A DNA stretch of 64,000 nucleotides from a virus (IMGVR_UViG_3300028797_000128:1-64000); one strand, 5' to 3'; positions 19,121-29,433 are shown, counted from the stretch's first letter. Program-made: numbers and translations. The notes: generated by a model from the sequence alone, not told the origin.

Positions 19121-19256
19121 TTGTTGCCCGCCACAATGACGGGCTTAGGAGGTCAACACAATGGCAAAGCCAAAGTGTGTAGATTTCGTGTTTGCGGAGA
19201 TTTTAAGTCCCTCCGCCAGACTGAAGAAAGGAGTATTACATATGAAAGAAACTAAG

Positions 19257-19332
19257 TTGCGGATATAGGATTTGAACCTATGAATGTACGAGTCAAAGTC
19301 GTATGCCTTCATCCTAACTTGGCTAATCCGCA
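19257..19332 (-). tRNA. tRNA-Gln(TTG)
   Basis: TGCGGAT/ATCCGCA acceptor, TACGA-CTTTGAC-TCGTA anticodon arm; no CCA. Confidence 0.85.
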
Positions 19333-19430
19333 ATATCTAATTTGTTGCCTTGCAAGCGCATAAATATAATTTGTCACATTGCAAAGGCTTGGCTGTAGGG
19401 AGAAGGTTTTTATCTCCTCCCTACAATTAT

Positions 19431-19459
19431 ATTATATCACTCATTACTCTATTTGTCAA
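19431..19459 (-). promoter_or_regulatory. sigmaA promoter upstream of tRNAs
   Basis: TTGACA-17-TATAAT. Confidence 0.8.
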
Positions 19460-19480
19460 TACTATTCCGATATATTTTTA

Positions 19481-20560
19481 TTATTTAACAAACTTAGTTA
19501 TCTGAGCCTTTATACCAAGCAGATTTACCTTGATTTTGTCTACTTCGGAAATAGTCGCATCGACGTATTTCAAAGCTTCGAGTAATCCAGTTACGTCTGG
19601 CTTCTCTACGACCTTTTCGAGTTGCTCAAATGACTTGTCTATCTTAGCTGCGTACTCAGCATTGTTCTTAGCCTCGTATTTCATACGTTCCGATCTGTAT
19701 GCCTCATAGTCTTTCTTGTAGGCAGTAATACGGTTGATTTTTAACTCATTGCCTACAATCAACTCTATCTTCTTTAAGAACCATTCGGCAGGGACAGCTC
19801 TGTTTGAGAGGTCTACAAGCTTGCCTGTACGCTTTTCTTCAGCGTATATCTCTGCATATCTGCCGAGTTTATAAGCGTTCTTAAATGTAAGTAGACGTTT
19901 CAAGTATTTATCTTCACTCTGACAAGCACCATGATTAATGCCTCTATCAAGCGTATCTTCATTGACAACGCCAGCGGCTCTTATGTACTTATGACCACTT
20001 ACCTTTTTATTATTGGCAAACTCGTTGAGACTCTTATAGTTCACAAGCGTATCAATATCTCTCTGAGTTAAAGGCAAATCATATCTGGCAACGCCCTCTC
20101 GCTGTACGTCACTGAGATCAAGTGCAAGAATCTGCTCTGCGGTTAACCCATAAAAGGATAATATATCGGCAACATAGCTTGTAAGGTATTTGTCACGACT
20201 AAAGAAGTTACCTGTCTTTGTGGCTGCTTTTTCACAGCTTGTAAAGAACTTCTCCCAGTATTCATGTATCATTTCGCTTGAATATATGAGAAATTCAGCG
20301 GTTTTAATGGGAATAATAATATCGTCTATATTTGCAGTCACAGGAATATCATTCTTGGTTAGCCAATCAAAGTATAAACTAATAATACTTTTCTGATTAG
20401 TAGCAGTAGCTTGAGTTACTGCACCCCAAGTTGCAATTATAGCATTAATTTCTTCTATTGACATCTCGTGCAGATTCTTTGCTTCGGATTCAAATTTTTT
20501 TAAAGTAGACACGTTCTTTTTTGGGAACTCTGCTACATATTCATCAAATTTGTAAATCAT
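19481..20560 (-). CDS. degenerate tyrosine-recombinase-fold protein, MrpR/YopR-like repressor candidate
   Basis: ISLYFDWL core-binding helix; FYGLTAEQILALDLSDV lacks the catalytic Arg; SPbeta-like context. Confidence 0.55.
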   Translation of the reverse strand: MIYKFDEYVAEFPKKNVSTLKKFESEAKNLHEMSIEEINAIIATWGAVTQATATNQKSIISLYFDWLTKNDIPVTANIDDIIIPIKTAEFLIYSSEMIHEYWEKFFTSCEKAATKTGNFFSRDKYLTSYVADILSFYGLTAEQILALDLSDVQREGVARYDLPLTQRDIDTLVNYKSLNEFANNKKVSGHKYIRAAGVVNEDTLDRGINHGACQSEDKYLKRLLTFKNAYKLGRYAEIYAEEKRTGKLVDLSNRAVPAEWFLKKIELIVGNELKINRITAYKKDYEAYRSERMKYEAKNNAEYAAKIDKSFEQLEKVVEKPDVTGLLEALKYVDATISEVDKIKVNLLGIKAQITKFVK

Positions 20561-20620
20561 ACATAAGCCTCCTTTTGTCTTAGATTATACCAAAATCTGC
20601 ACAAAATGTCAAGATTCCGA

Positions 20621-20965
20621 CTACGATAGATCGACTATCTTTTCGCACAAATCATGGTATACGGATAAAAGATTATCCGACATCATATCTTTTCTTATGC
20701 TTTCTCTTACATCGACACTCATTTCCATCCCGTCCTTGTCAATGTAGTCTATCTCGGCAATTTCAAAGTTGCAATTGGCATCTGCTCTGAATACAATAGC
20801 ACAGCCGTCCTTCATCTCATCTGTGATGAAGTCATAGACATCATCTGCAATGTAGTCTGTGCAGCAGTCATAAACTACTTCTGAATTGTCATTCCAGCAG
20901 TCAAAGTGAACGAGTCCACTCCTTGCATCGTCCATGATTTTGCCGAGTAAGCTAAAAATATTCAT
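20621..20965 (-). CDS. acidic hypothetical protein, probably SOS-controlled
   Basis: RBS GAGGAGG; LexA box in its promoter. Confidence 0.7.
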   Translation of the reverse strand: MNIFSLLGKIMDDARSGLVHFDCWNDNSEVVYDCCTDYIADDVYDFITDEMKDGCAIVFRADANCNFEIAEIDYIDKDGMEMSVDVRESIRKDMMSDNLLSVYHDLCEKIVDLS

Positions 20966-20997
20966 ATGAAATTCCTCCTCGATAATATATTATCCAC

Positions 20998-21026
20998 ATT
21001 ATAGAACATTTGTTCTGTTTTGTCAA
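20998..21026 (-). promoter_or_regulatory. sigmaA promoter containing a Firmicutes LexA (SOS) box
   Basis: GAAC-ATTT-GTTC at 21004-21015 inside TTGACA-17-TATAAT. Confidence 0.8.
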
Positions 21027-21202
21027 TCGTCTAATGTGTTTATCGTGTGAAAGTTTTCGATAAACAAGAAAAATATGTGATAATTCTGTGAAGATTTTCT
21101 TTCTTGACACAAGCCTATAAATATGATATGATTAGTATATCGTTTTCATATGGCTTTTTCAAGACCTAAAAAGGTCTAATTTAGTGTAAAGGTGGTTTTT
21201 CT

Positions 21203-21685
21203 ATGGAGCTAATCGAACGTAAACGTGAACTCATTATCCAGCTCAAACAGTACCGGGAAGAACACGGATTCTCACTGAAACGCATAGTTGATATAGTCAG
21301 TGAGTATGCCGAGCAGAATAACAATGACGATTACGTGTCTCTGTCTACTGTCAAGAGGGTTTTTAAAGACGGTTCAGAGGATGATGATAGTTTTAATTTC
21401 GATCTTACTATACGCCCCATAGCCGCCGCTTTGCTGGGTGCGGAGTCTATATCCCCTAAGACACACGATAAAAACCTGTCTATCTCTCTGTTGCGTTACA
21501 AAAATGAACGTATACAGCAACTCGAAAAACAACTGGCAGAAGAAAGAGAACTTGCAAACCGTAGGGTTGATTTTCTCAAAGAGCAGATTGCCATAAAAGA
21601 CAGCTACCTCCAGAGGAAAGACGAGTTAATAACTATGCTGATTGAAGCTGCTCTACGTCACAAAGAGAAGTTCTTCGATGATTAA
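21203..21685 (+). CDS. putative HTH regulator with coiled coil
   Basis: VSLSTVKRVF; divergent promoter at 21104-21132. Confidence 0.6.
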   Translation: MELIERKRELIIQLKQYREEHGFSLKRIVDIVSEYAEQNNNDDYVSLSTVKRVFKDGSEDDDSFNFDLTIRPIAAALLGAESISPKTHDKNLSISLLRYKNERIQQLEKQLAEERELANRRVDFLKEQIAIKDSYLQRKDELITMLIEAALRHKEKFFDD

Positions 21686-22278
21686 CTTGGTGCATCAAAA
21701 CGGTTAATGGCAAAGTCGTACTTGCTAACATCTGACTTTTTATGTCCATCTCTCGACATCCACGATCTGATTGTAGCTTCATAGTTCTTATATCGTTTGC
21801 CACTACTTCTGCAATAGTTTTCAACTTTCTCTACATATTCAGACACCGTTGTTTCCCCATAGTCAGATACGAGCTTTTTATATTCTTGGGGCGTGAGAGT
21901 GATGAGATTATCTTTATCTCTCTCCTTATCCGTATCCGTATCTGTATCTTTTTCTTTATCCTTCTCTTTATCTTTATCGGTATCGTTGGCATCCATTGGT
22001 ATGCCGTTGCATACATCGGCATCTTTTTTATGCCAACGCATACGAGCCTTCTCAGAGTTTTGCTTACATTTCTCGGCATATCTCTCATTATCTCTGTCAA
22101 TCTGGGCAGACATAAAGGAGAATGCCATTTTTACCATGCCGTCATCAATGTCAATAAGTGTACCGTCATTGGCATATGCCATAAGTGCTTTTACAAGCTG
22201 CCCTGCCTGTGCATCTGTCAGCATATCCCACTGTGCTATGGTATCTAAATACATCATAAAACTCTTTTTGTCTGCCAT
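21682..22278 (-). CDS. DUF6291-like replication-initiator-type protein
   Basis: KKSF.MY..LTD.QAG.L, DK-rich linker, YKNY.ATI.SW. Confidence 0.65.
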   Translation of the reverse strand: MADKKSFMMYLDTIAQWDMLTDAQAGQLVKALMAYANDGTLIDIDDGMVKMAFSFMSAQIDRDNERYAEKCKQNSEKARMRWHKKDADVCNGIPMDANDTDKDKEKDKEKDTDTDTDKERDKDNLITLTPQEYKKLVSDYGETTVSEYVEKVENYCRSSGKRYKNYEATIRSWMSRDGHKKSDVSKYDFAINRFDAPS

Positions 22279-22290
22279 AAGATCACTTCC

Positions 22291-22506
22291 TTATCCTTTC
22301 ATATCCGCTATTGTATCATCATCAAGTGGTTCAAAACGTGCCTCCTCTCTTGCACTGTCAATGCAAGACTCACAGAACGTATAAACCATTCTCTCGAATG
22401 TTGCCCGTGGGCTTAGCGGACAGGGGAGTTTATAGTAGTTATCCCCTATGTAAATTTCGCCTCCGCAATTAGCACACTTGCAAAACACATCAGGATTCCA
22501 TGCCAT
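22291..22506 (-). CDS. Zn-finger protein
   Basis: CANCG..FCESC. Confidence 0.55.
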   Translation of the reverse strand: MAWNPDVFCKCANCGGEIYIGDNYYKLPCPLSPRATFERMVYTFCESCIDSAREEARFEPLDDDTIADMKG

Positions 22507-22655
22507 GCTTATCAGCCTCCTTTGAAAAGATTTCTGCTTCGGTTTCATCAATCTCTTTCGCTGCCTTTGCCATGCTAATAGCAATTGCGACTGCGAAAAT
22601 TGAAGCTCCTGCTACCATGCCAATCATAAATTCGTTCATTTTCATTTCCTCCTCC

Positions 22656-23585
22656 TTATAAGTATCTTTCAAGAACTGAAAGACCAATATTCATGTGCTG
22701 ACAAACTACTTCCTTTATGCGGTCAAAGCTGTGGTTGTATCGCATAGTAGTCTGCATTGAGCTATGTCTCAGGTCAAGCTGCACAAGTGCTAATACATCA
22801 GCATCAACATTAAGTTTACCCTCTGCCTTTAAAGTGTAAGCGACTTCGCTGAACTTTTCCGAATAAAATTTCCGGTTGCTATGAGTATTCAGCTTGTATT
22901 CTCCATCCTTGCAACGTCTGTCATTCTTCAACTTAATGCCTATTGCTATGAGAGCATCTTTCAAGGTGTTCTCGGCATGATCTCTGCGTAGCGGTTCTGG
23001 AATAAGATTACCGTTTTCATCACGCTCATAAACAAATTTTCCATTCGCTCTAAGAGCTTTGACTTTGCCGTTCTCATCCTTATAGGTGACTTTCTTGTAA
23101 CCTTTGTTACTGCCCTCTGCTGTAAACAGAAAGTCGGTCAACTTCTTGTCAGCATGATTTCTGAGGTAAATTATGGTCGCTGCCTTGACTGCATCATTAA
23201 TGATGTACTGGCGTGTCTTGCTTGTTTTCTGTTCACACCAGTTTACTTTATCACGGAAATTTCCGTCAATGTCAATCAGGTTTATGAGCTTCAGCTTGAT
23301 AAGATCACTGTGGCGTATGCCGAAATTTGCCTGTAATACATACATCAGCACATCTCTGGTCTTGCCTTTTTCCAACAGATACTCTATCACGCCATTGAAG
23401 ATTGGTTCACTCATTGCATCCATGCCTTCTGTATCTGTCATGTTATCCTCAATGTCAATGACCTCATTGAGTTCCTTCTCAGTGTCGGGAAGTATGCTCT
23501 GCGGAATCATTGCGGAGAAGTCACGCTTCTTTTCAGGGAACATCTCAATAATATTACATTCTTTTTTAATTGCATTTTCCAACAT
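22656..23585 (-). CDS. tyrosine recombinase, mainly catalytic domain
   Basis: GIRHSD, THSNRK, LRHSS..TMRY. Confidence 0.85.
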   Translation of the reverse strand: MLENAIKKECNIIEMFPEKKRDFSAMIPQSILPDTEKELNEVIDIEDNMTDTEGMDAMSEPIFNGVIEYLLEKGKTRDVLMYVLQANFGIRHSDLIKLKLINLIDIDGNFRDKVNWCEQKTSKTRQYIINDAVKAATIIYLRNHADKKLTDFLFTAEGSNKGYKKVTYKDENGKVKALRANGKFVYERDENGNLIPEPLRRDHAENTLKDALIAIGIKLKNDRRCKDGEYKLNTHSNRKFYSEKFSEVAYTLKAEGKLNVDADVLALVQLDLRHSSMQTTMRYNHSFDRIKEVVCQHMNIGLSVLERYL

Positions 23586-23607
23586 AATTCATACCTCCCG
23601 TTATTCT

Positions 23608-24000
23608 TTAATAGCTGATTGTCCAGCGATTACCAGTGTATTCTACGAGCAGTGTTTCCATTATATCTTCGAGCAGTACAACCTGACCGTGATAATATTC
23701 AAATCGCTTAATGGCTTCTGTATTCGGTATTCCGTCAGCGTTCTCGCTGAGCCTTAATTCATCTCGGCATTTTTTGAGATTTTTCCTTGCATCATCGTAC
23801 CACATGAGCAAGTATCTCTCAGTGTCCTTTGATACGAAATGATGTTTTCTACCAAAGATGTATTTGATCTCTTTAATAATGTCACATACTCTGTGCTGTC
23901 GCATTGCCCTGCGTTTATTATTCTGTAACATTTTATTCACTCCCTCTCCATTGACATTTCTTACGAAATATGATATAATTATCACGAAAAGCGAAATCAT
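23608..24000 (-). CDS. hypothetical protein (start probably downstream)
   Basis: ORF in operon. Confidence 0.5.
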   Translation of the reverse strand: MISLFVIIISYFVRNVNGEGVNKMLQNNKRRAMRQHRVCDIIKEIKYIFGRKHHFVSKDTERYLLMWYDDARKNLKKCRDELRLSENADGIPNTEAIKRFEYYHGQVVLLEDIMETLLVEYTGNRWTISY

Positions 24001-24128
24001 TTATTTGATTCCCTTTACTGTGCTTTTATTATATCACGAAATTCGCTATATGTCAACCCGTAATTCGCTATAATCATAACCAAATTCGCTTTATGTTTAT
24101 TGTGAATTTTCCACAAAGGAGGGATTTT

Positions 24129-24359
24129 ATGATTAAATTCACGATTAAGATGCAACGTTTACTCCATAACGAGATGTCTCAACAAGAGCTTCACGAGTTA
24201 TCTATGATTAGGAAAAGTACTCTATCCGATTATGAAAATAGCAAAGCTACAATGATCCGTGTTGAACATCTCAACAAGCTCTGCGAGATATTCGATTGTC
24301 AGCCAGCCGATCTAATTACCTATGTGCCTGACAACGCCCCTAACGAGAAAGGAGAATGA
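24129..24359 (+). CDS. XRE/Cro-C1 HTH regulator
   Basis: SQQEL..IRKSTLS..LCEIFDCQPADLI. Confidence 0.85.
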   Translation: MIKFTIKMQRLLHNEMSQQELHELSMIRKSTLSDYENSKATMIRVEHLNKLCEIFDCQPADLITYVPDNAPNEKGE

Positions 24360-24787
24360 TTATGGCTCTTATTAATTGTCCTGAATGTGGTAAAGAAATT
24401 TCCAACACAGTGGTTTCATGCCCTCATTGTGGTTACGGAATCAACCAAACTCCTGTAGTCACTACTCGAAAAAAGTCAAACGCCATTCCTATTTTTCTGC
24501 TTATCTGTTTCTTGATTGCTGGTTGCATATGTTTTTACAAGGCAAATGAAAACAATCAAGAAATTGAAATTCAAAAAACACTACATAGTTTGTCCAGTTT
24601 AGCGTCTGATCTTAGTGGTTCTATAGATTCAACCGTCCGTAGCGTATCATCGAAATGGAAACTGGAAGAATTACAGAAAGCAAAGCGCATCTTTTTGGCT
24701 ATTACCAGTGCTTGCGCTTTCGGCTCTTGTATCTGCATTATTATTATCGTATCTAATAACAAAGCTAATAAGCGAATTAATAATTAA
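24356..24787 (+). CDS. Zn-ribbon membrane protein
   Basis: CPECG..CPHCG plus two TM segments. Confidence 0.75.
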   Translation: MIMALINCPECGKEISNTVVSCPHCGYGINQTPVVTTRKKSNAIPIFLLICFLIAGCICFYKANENNQEIEIQKTLHSLSSLASDLSGSIDSTVRSVSSKWKLEELQKAKRIFLAITSACAFGSCICIIIIVSNNKANKRINN

Positions 24788-24802
24788 ATCATTGCTCTCG
24801 GT

Positions 24803-25381
24803 TTATGCTGAGGGCTTTTCTACTGCATATGTGGCGTAATGGCATCCGTTTTCCATCCACACAGTTATATTAGCAACAACTTTGGACTCTGAAATACCAT
24901 TATCATGAGCATACTCAAACGCATTTTCCAGAAAGAAAGACTGATAATCTGTGGAAAGCACACCAAAGGTTACTGTTTTTGCAGGATATTTCCGATCTGT
25001 ACTGTTAATAGCATAAGTAGATAGAATACAACTTGCATCAACTGCGGTGACAGCTCCGTCAAAATCGGTGTCGGCTACAAATTTCTGTGTAGGTGTGAAT
25101 GTTGACTGCTCTCCGACTGATGTATGAGCGTATTCTGTCAAGACAAGCGTTGCATCCTTGCCGTCAATAGAACCGTCAAAGTTAACGTCTTTCATAAGCG
25201 TTCCCATATCATGCTGTGCTGCTTTTACAGGAGTTGGATAGGCTGTAGACAACATCAGTGCTGACGCCGCCAATAATGCACCAAAACGCTTAAATTTTCC
25301 CTTTGAGCATCTGTAGCAGACCTGTCTGCCTTCGGGGATAACAGCTCCACAACTTACACATCTATTATTATTCATATTCAT
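24803..25381 (-). CDS. exported dockerin-domain protein
   Basis: DVNFDGSIDGKDA and DTDFDGAVTAVDA repeats after a signal-like segment. Confidence 0.8.
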   Translation of the reverse strand: MNMNNNRCVSCGAVIPEGRQVCYRCSKGKFKRFGALLAASALMLSTAYPTPVKAAQHDMGTLMKDVNFDGSIDGKDATLVLTEYAHTSVGEQSTFTPTQKFVADTDFDGAVTAVDASCILSTYAINSTDRKYPAKTVTFGVLSTDYQSFFLENAFEYAHDNGISESKVVANITVWMENGCHYATYAVEKPSA

Positions 25382-26649
25382 TCCTCCATTCCTATACGGT
25401 TCTGACTTTCTGCTATTAATGCAATAAATCTCTGCTGTGCAATGTTATATCCAGTATCTAAGACTCCCTTTGCACGATTTTTCCAAGCGAATGAACGCAC
25501 CAGCTTGTCATTTGTGTAGCCTTCTGCAAGTGTGCAGAGTGCATCAAGTGTGACGTTGGCTTTATTCTTTTCTCCGAGTGACTTCAAATTGCGGAGCTTG
25601 CCGTGTACTTTTCTGTCATACCAATTGCGGAAGTTGTATGCAGATAATTCATAAGTTGTATCACGGTTAGGCTTATTCTTCAAACCGTTTACAAACACTC
25701 TCAAATCATCTTCAGACCACTTTTCCGATATGGCAAGATGTATTACAAAGCCTCTGAGATCACGCTGAGATAATAAGTAGTCGTGATGACTGCCCACAAG
25801 AACATCACATATCATATTCAGTTTATCCTCGTAGGTATTCCATAAGCATCCTGTCTGTGCTGTTGTGAGCTTCTGTCCTCTGTTGAAATAGAAGTTCATA
25901 GCAGGGATAATTCCCTGTTTGATATTACAGCCCATGACATTAAGAGAATCAGCAACGCTTCTGCCCTTGCCCATATCAATAGTACCGATAGATTCACGCT
26001 CTACGTTGTATACAATGTATGTTCTGAATGTCATTCCGCTTTTAACGGCTGCTAAGAGTCTGTGCTGACCGTCAAGTATTTCTCCGTTAGGGCTTATCTT
26101 AATTGTCTCACCATTCAGCTTGTAATTGCCTGTTGCCATATCTGCTGCAATGCGGTTCACATTAGCCTGATTAATTTTCCGATTGCCTATGTTCTTCTTC
26201 AACATTTCTTCTGCCATTTCAGGAGTAATAGTCACAAGTGCTACATTTGGATTTTCCGATTTGCCTATATATGATCCTGTTCTGCGGATTGATGGAAGAA
26301 CTTCGTCAAATACCCATGATTCAAACCGTTCTGCTGACGGGAGTTTACTGTGGGTTATAAGGCGGTAGACATTACCCTCATCAAGATAAACCATTTCTTG
26401 CCTTCCACCATCCGTAGGGGTGTAGCGTTTCACGACTCCCTTTGACTTACAGTGCCGTTTATAGGCATCTCTCGGATTTGTATATCCAAGTGCTTTTGCA
26501 ACGTCAATGCCGCAAAACCATATAACACCATCAATTTCGGCTGTCCTGAGCTGTCCAAACTTTTCGCTTGTGAATACCTGAATTTCTGTCCTCATTTGAT
26601 TTTCCTCCTTAACAGATATGTAATTTATAGGCGAGACAAAGTAATTCAA
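25378..26649 (-). CDS. BRO-N antirepressor fused to ParB-like domain
   Basis: WFCGIDVAKALGY, WVFDEVLPSIRRTG, ILDGQHRL. Confidence 0.85.
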   Translation of the reverse strand: MNYFVSPINYISVKEENQMRTEIQVFTSEKFGQLRTAEIDGVIWFCGIDVAKALGYTNPRDAYKRHCKSKGVVKRYTPTDGGRQEMVYLDEGNVYRLITHSKLPSAERFESWVFDEVLPSIRRTGSYIGKSENPNVALVTITPEMAEEMLKKNIGNRKINQANVNRIAADMATGNYKLNGETIKISPNGEILDGQHRLLAAVKSGMTFRTYIVYNVERESIGTIDMGKGRSVADSLNVMGCNIKQGIIPAMNFYFNRGQKLTTAQTGCLWNTYEDKLNMICDVLVGSHHDYLLSQRDLRGFVIHLAISEKWSEDDLRVFVNGLKNKPNRDTTYELSAYNFRNWYDRKVHGKLRNLKSLGEKNKANVTLDALCTLAEGYTNDKLVRSFAWKNRAKGVLDTGYNIAQQRFIALIAESQNRIGMEE

Positions 26650-26727
26650 GATAACTTAAATTTCCGAGAAGTCCTCTCTTGTCAATGTCCCTTAATTCCA
26701 ATTCACGCTTTACTGCTTCGTACATAA

Positions 26728-27033
26728 TTATTTACCTCCTAATACTTTATGTTTGTATGCTCTATGCTCTCTTGCAATGGCATTGCGTTCTTCTTTTGTG
26801 GGCGCATAATCACGCCAGTGTTCTTTTATGCGCTCGTCATTTTTCCGTTTGCTCTCAGGATTAACTATAAGCAGCACTGTTTTCTTGCTGACGTTGTATT
26901 CCTTTGCAAGTCCATTAAGGCTATAAAAGCCAGTAGAATACTTGTGTTTTATCTCATCCTTCTGCTCATCGCTCAACTTCCGTCTGCGGTCTAACTCAGG
27001 TGGAAGTTTTTGTTTTGCTGTTTTATATGGCAT
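26728..27033 (-). CDS. HTH-like protein
   Basis: SLNGLAKEYNVSK. Confidence 0.6.
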   Translation of the reverse strand: MPYKTAKQKLPPELDRRRKLSDEQKDEIKHKYSTGFYSLNGLAKEYNVSKKTVLLIVNPESKRKNDERIKEHWRDYAPTKEERNAIAREHRAYKHKVLGGK

Positions 27034-27037
27034 ATCA

Positions 27038-27334
27038 TTACCTCCAATCCGGATTGACGTAGATGCAAGTGCGGTTTACGTCAAAGCAATTGCAATCATC
27101 GTTGACAGCTACTATAAGCAGTCCGATCTCCGCAAGATGTTTTACGTATTTATTCACGTTACTTGCTACCTTTGGATTTCCATAGATGGCAGTTGAAAGC
27201 TCTCTGTATGAGCCTTCAAACTGTCCATTCTGAATGAACCATTTGAGCACTTTAATGTGTGATTTTTCCAGTTTTTCAGCAAGTTGTAACGCCTGTAATA
27301 GTGTCATAAATATCCTCCTCTCAGATATTGTCAA
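27038..27334 (-). CDS. winged-HTH-like protein
   Basis: SYRELS..VKHLAEIGLL. Confidence 0.55.
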   Translation of the reverse strand: MTISERRIFMTLLQALQLAEKLEKSHIKVLKWFIQNGQFEGSYRELSTAIYGNPKVASNVNKYVKHLAEIGLLIVAVNDDCNCFDVNRTCIYVNPDWR

Positions 27335-28097
27335 AGTCTGTGATTGGCATATGTTTTGTTTCTCCTGTGTCCTTGTCTACTTCTGTATTCTTTATAGGCA
27401 TCAGCACCATTGTGTACCCGTTTCCTTCCATGAGAAGTGCGGTCACGCTGCTTTTAACATAAATTTCCGATGAGCCTGTTATCTTCATGGCTGCCTCTAA
27501 CCATTCTCCCTTAACGGCAAAGTCGTTGAATACAAGTCTATCCCATAACTTATCATGTTTATTCCTTGTGGCTTTACGAGCTTTTAAATAAGTGCTGATC
27601 TTCGCCAGTGATGGCAATTCTACTTTGTACATCTCATACTTCTGTGGTATAACTCTCTTATAATCAAAAGGCTTTTCCATATCCTTCTTGACGTTCTCAG
27701 GCATTTCTACCATACCAGCGGGATTTTCTGATACAATCATCCACGTTCCGCTGACTGTGAAGTATATATTTTCCGATTCATCATAGTTTGCATAAGCAAT
27801 AGAAGGTTTTCTATTCTGATTTTCTTTGTAGTTGTCATTGCATAACTTCTTGATGGCAGATAAAGCACTTGATTTTCCGTTCTTCTTTGCTTCTGCTGCC
27901 TCAATATCTGCGAGAAGTCCGCATCTGATTTCCTCAAGGTAAACTCCTACACTGTCAAGGAAAAAGCGCATATTATCAGTTGACTTAATCCCGTTTTTCC
28001 TCATGAAGTCAATAGGTGTCTGTCCGTAGTTATCATCATTATCTTTCAGATTTTCAATAGCCTTGTTTACAAGCTCTAAATATTTTTCCGTAGTCAT
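27321..28097 (-). CDS. hypothetical protein
   Basis: 258 aa ORF, RBS AAGGAGG. Confidence 0.75.
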   Translation of the reverse strand: MTTEKYLELVNKAIENLKDNDDNYGQTPIDFMRKNGIKSTDNMRFFLDSVGVYLEEIRCGLLADIEAAEAKKNGKSSALSAIKKLCNDNYKENQNRKPSIAYANYDESENIYFTVSGTWMIVSENPAGMVEMPENVKKDMEKPFDYKRVIPQKYEMYKVELPSLAKISTYLKARKATRNKHDKLWDRLVFNDFAVKGEWLEAAMKITGSSEIYVKSSVTALLMEGNGYTMVLMPIKNTEVDKDTGETKHMPITDFDNI

Positions 28098-28110
28098 AAT
28101 TATTTCCTCC

Positions 28111-28392
28111 TTATATTTCTAATAAGTCTATGATTTCTTTTCCGTATGCAACAGCGTGTGCATCTTCCTGCATCAGCATTTCAATAAAGTCTGCTGCCGT
28201 GGTGTCCTTGCTGATTTTCCATGAGTACATCTGCACTAAGTCTCTCAGCAAGTCAAGAAATGTATAGTTTGGGAACGGACAGCCTTCAGGTGTCAAGCTG
28301 TTTAACTTTTCCGCTGTGAATGATAGTAATATAAGCTGATCTCCTGTGTGGTTAACCTTAATATAATTTGTCATACAATGACCTCCTATCAT
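28111..28392 (-). CDS. hypothetical early protein
   Basis: RBS, tandem operon. Confidence 0.6.
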   Translation of the reverse strand: MIGGHCMTNYIKVNHTGDQLILLSFTAEKLNSLTPEGCPFPNYTFLDLLRDLVQMYSWKISKDTTAADFIEMLMQEDAHAVAYGKEIIDLLEI

Positions 28393-28473
28393 TAATTTGT
28401 TGTGCTCTCAGCACCATATTGGAGTGCATCGAATTTCCAATGCACTCGGATATAATGCCGATTAAAGTGTTAT

Positions 28474-28671
28474 TTAATCGTATACCAATGCCACACTGTA
28501 ATATGTGCATTTTCCAAAGCTGTAAGAATTTTCCTCTATAAGCTCACATTCAAGCTCATACTGCTGATCCGCTTCGCCTTTGCTGTTGTCGTATGGTCTT
28601 GTCTCATTAATGATTGTCCCGTCCTCATATTCGGCATCTAATTCCCAAATCATATTATAATAATTTTCCAT
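28474..28671 (-). CDS. acidic hypothetical early protein
   Basis: RBS, tandem operon. Confidence 0.65.
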   Translation of the reverse strand: MENYYNMIWELDAEYEDGTIINETRPYDNSKGEADQQYELECELIEENSYSFGKCTYYSVALVYD

Positions 28672-28673
28672 AG

Positions 28674-28856
28674 TTAAACCTCCTCAAATGAATCAATGTC
28701 GTTTCCGTCCTCATCCCTGAGAACAATTTCTCCGTCAGCACAAAGCTCTATGCCATTATGGAAACAAATTTCCTGTAGCTGTCTGTAAAGTGTTTCCGCA
28801 TCGGCTGTATTGCCTTTAAAGTAAATGTGTGCATTAGCAATATAAATCTCATTCAT
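28674..28856 (-). CDS. hypothetical protein, paralog of the C-terminus of 31430-31951
   Basis: NAHIYFK..NGIELC..LRD.DGNDIDS shared. Confidence 0.75.
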   Translation of the reverse strand: MNEIYIANAHIYFKGNTADAETLYRQLQEICFHNGIELCADGEIVLRDEDGNDIDSFEEV

Positions 28857-28858
28857 AG

Positions 28859-29134
28859 TTATGCCTCCTCTTGATATTTTTCCAGATATTCTTTCATTGC
28901 CTTGAATAGTTCAACAGGCATATCCGTTTCAATTTCCACACAATCATCATTCAGAACTGTGATAGACTGATTTAAAATTTCCATACTTGCAAATGATGCT
29001 GTTCCCCAGAATAAATTGTCAAGATATACACGTTCTTTGCGTTTATTATCCATGTTATCATACCATACACACACTAATCTAAAGCGTGTTGTGGGTGCAA
29101 ACAGATTTCTAATATCATTTAATGTAACTCTCAT
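28859..29134 (-). CDS. hypothetical early protein
   Basis: RBS, tandem operon. Confidence 0.65.
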   Translation of the reverse strand: MRVTLNDIRNLFAPTTRFRLVCVWYDNMDNKRKERVYLDNLFWGTASFASMEILNQSITVLNDDCVEIETDMPVELFKAMKEYLEKYQEEA

Positions 29135-29136
29135 AA

Positions 29137-29433
29137 TTATGCCTCCTTAAACCGTATGCCCATATACAGAGTTGATTTATTATAGCCAGTCTCATAAAGC
29201 GTTTCGCCTTTGTAGTTATCATCGTGATATTTTTCCGCATTGTACTGCGCTTCAAACTCTTTTCCTTTACACCACATACAGATATAACCGTCACTTCCGT
29301 TCTCAGGTACAAGATGATAGTTATACTGATCGTCTGCAAAGTCAATTCTCTTTGCTATTTTCCAGCCATTCTTTAAAGCTCTATCCAGATACTTTTTAAC
29401 AGATTTTCCTTTGATAATCTCACTATTATTCAT
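29137..29433 (-). CDS. hypothetical early protein
   Basis: RBS, tandem operon. Confidence 0.65.
   Translation of the reverse strand: MNNSEIIKGKSVKKYLDRALKNGWKIAKRIDFADDQYNYHLVPENGSDGYICMWCKGKEFEAQYNAEKYHDDNYKGETLYETGYNKSTLYMGIRFKEA

Noticed and set aside
21915-21985. Low-complexity repeat
   Set aside because: Encodes the DK/DT linker of the DUF6291-like protein.
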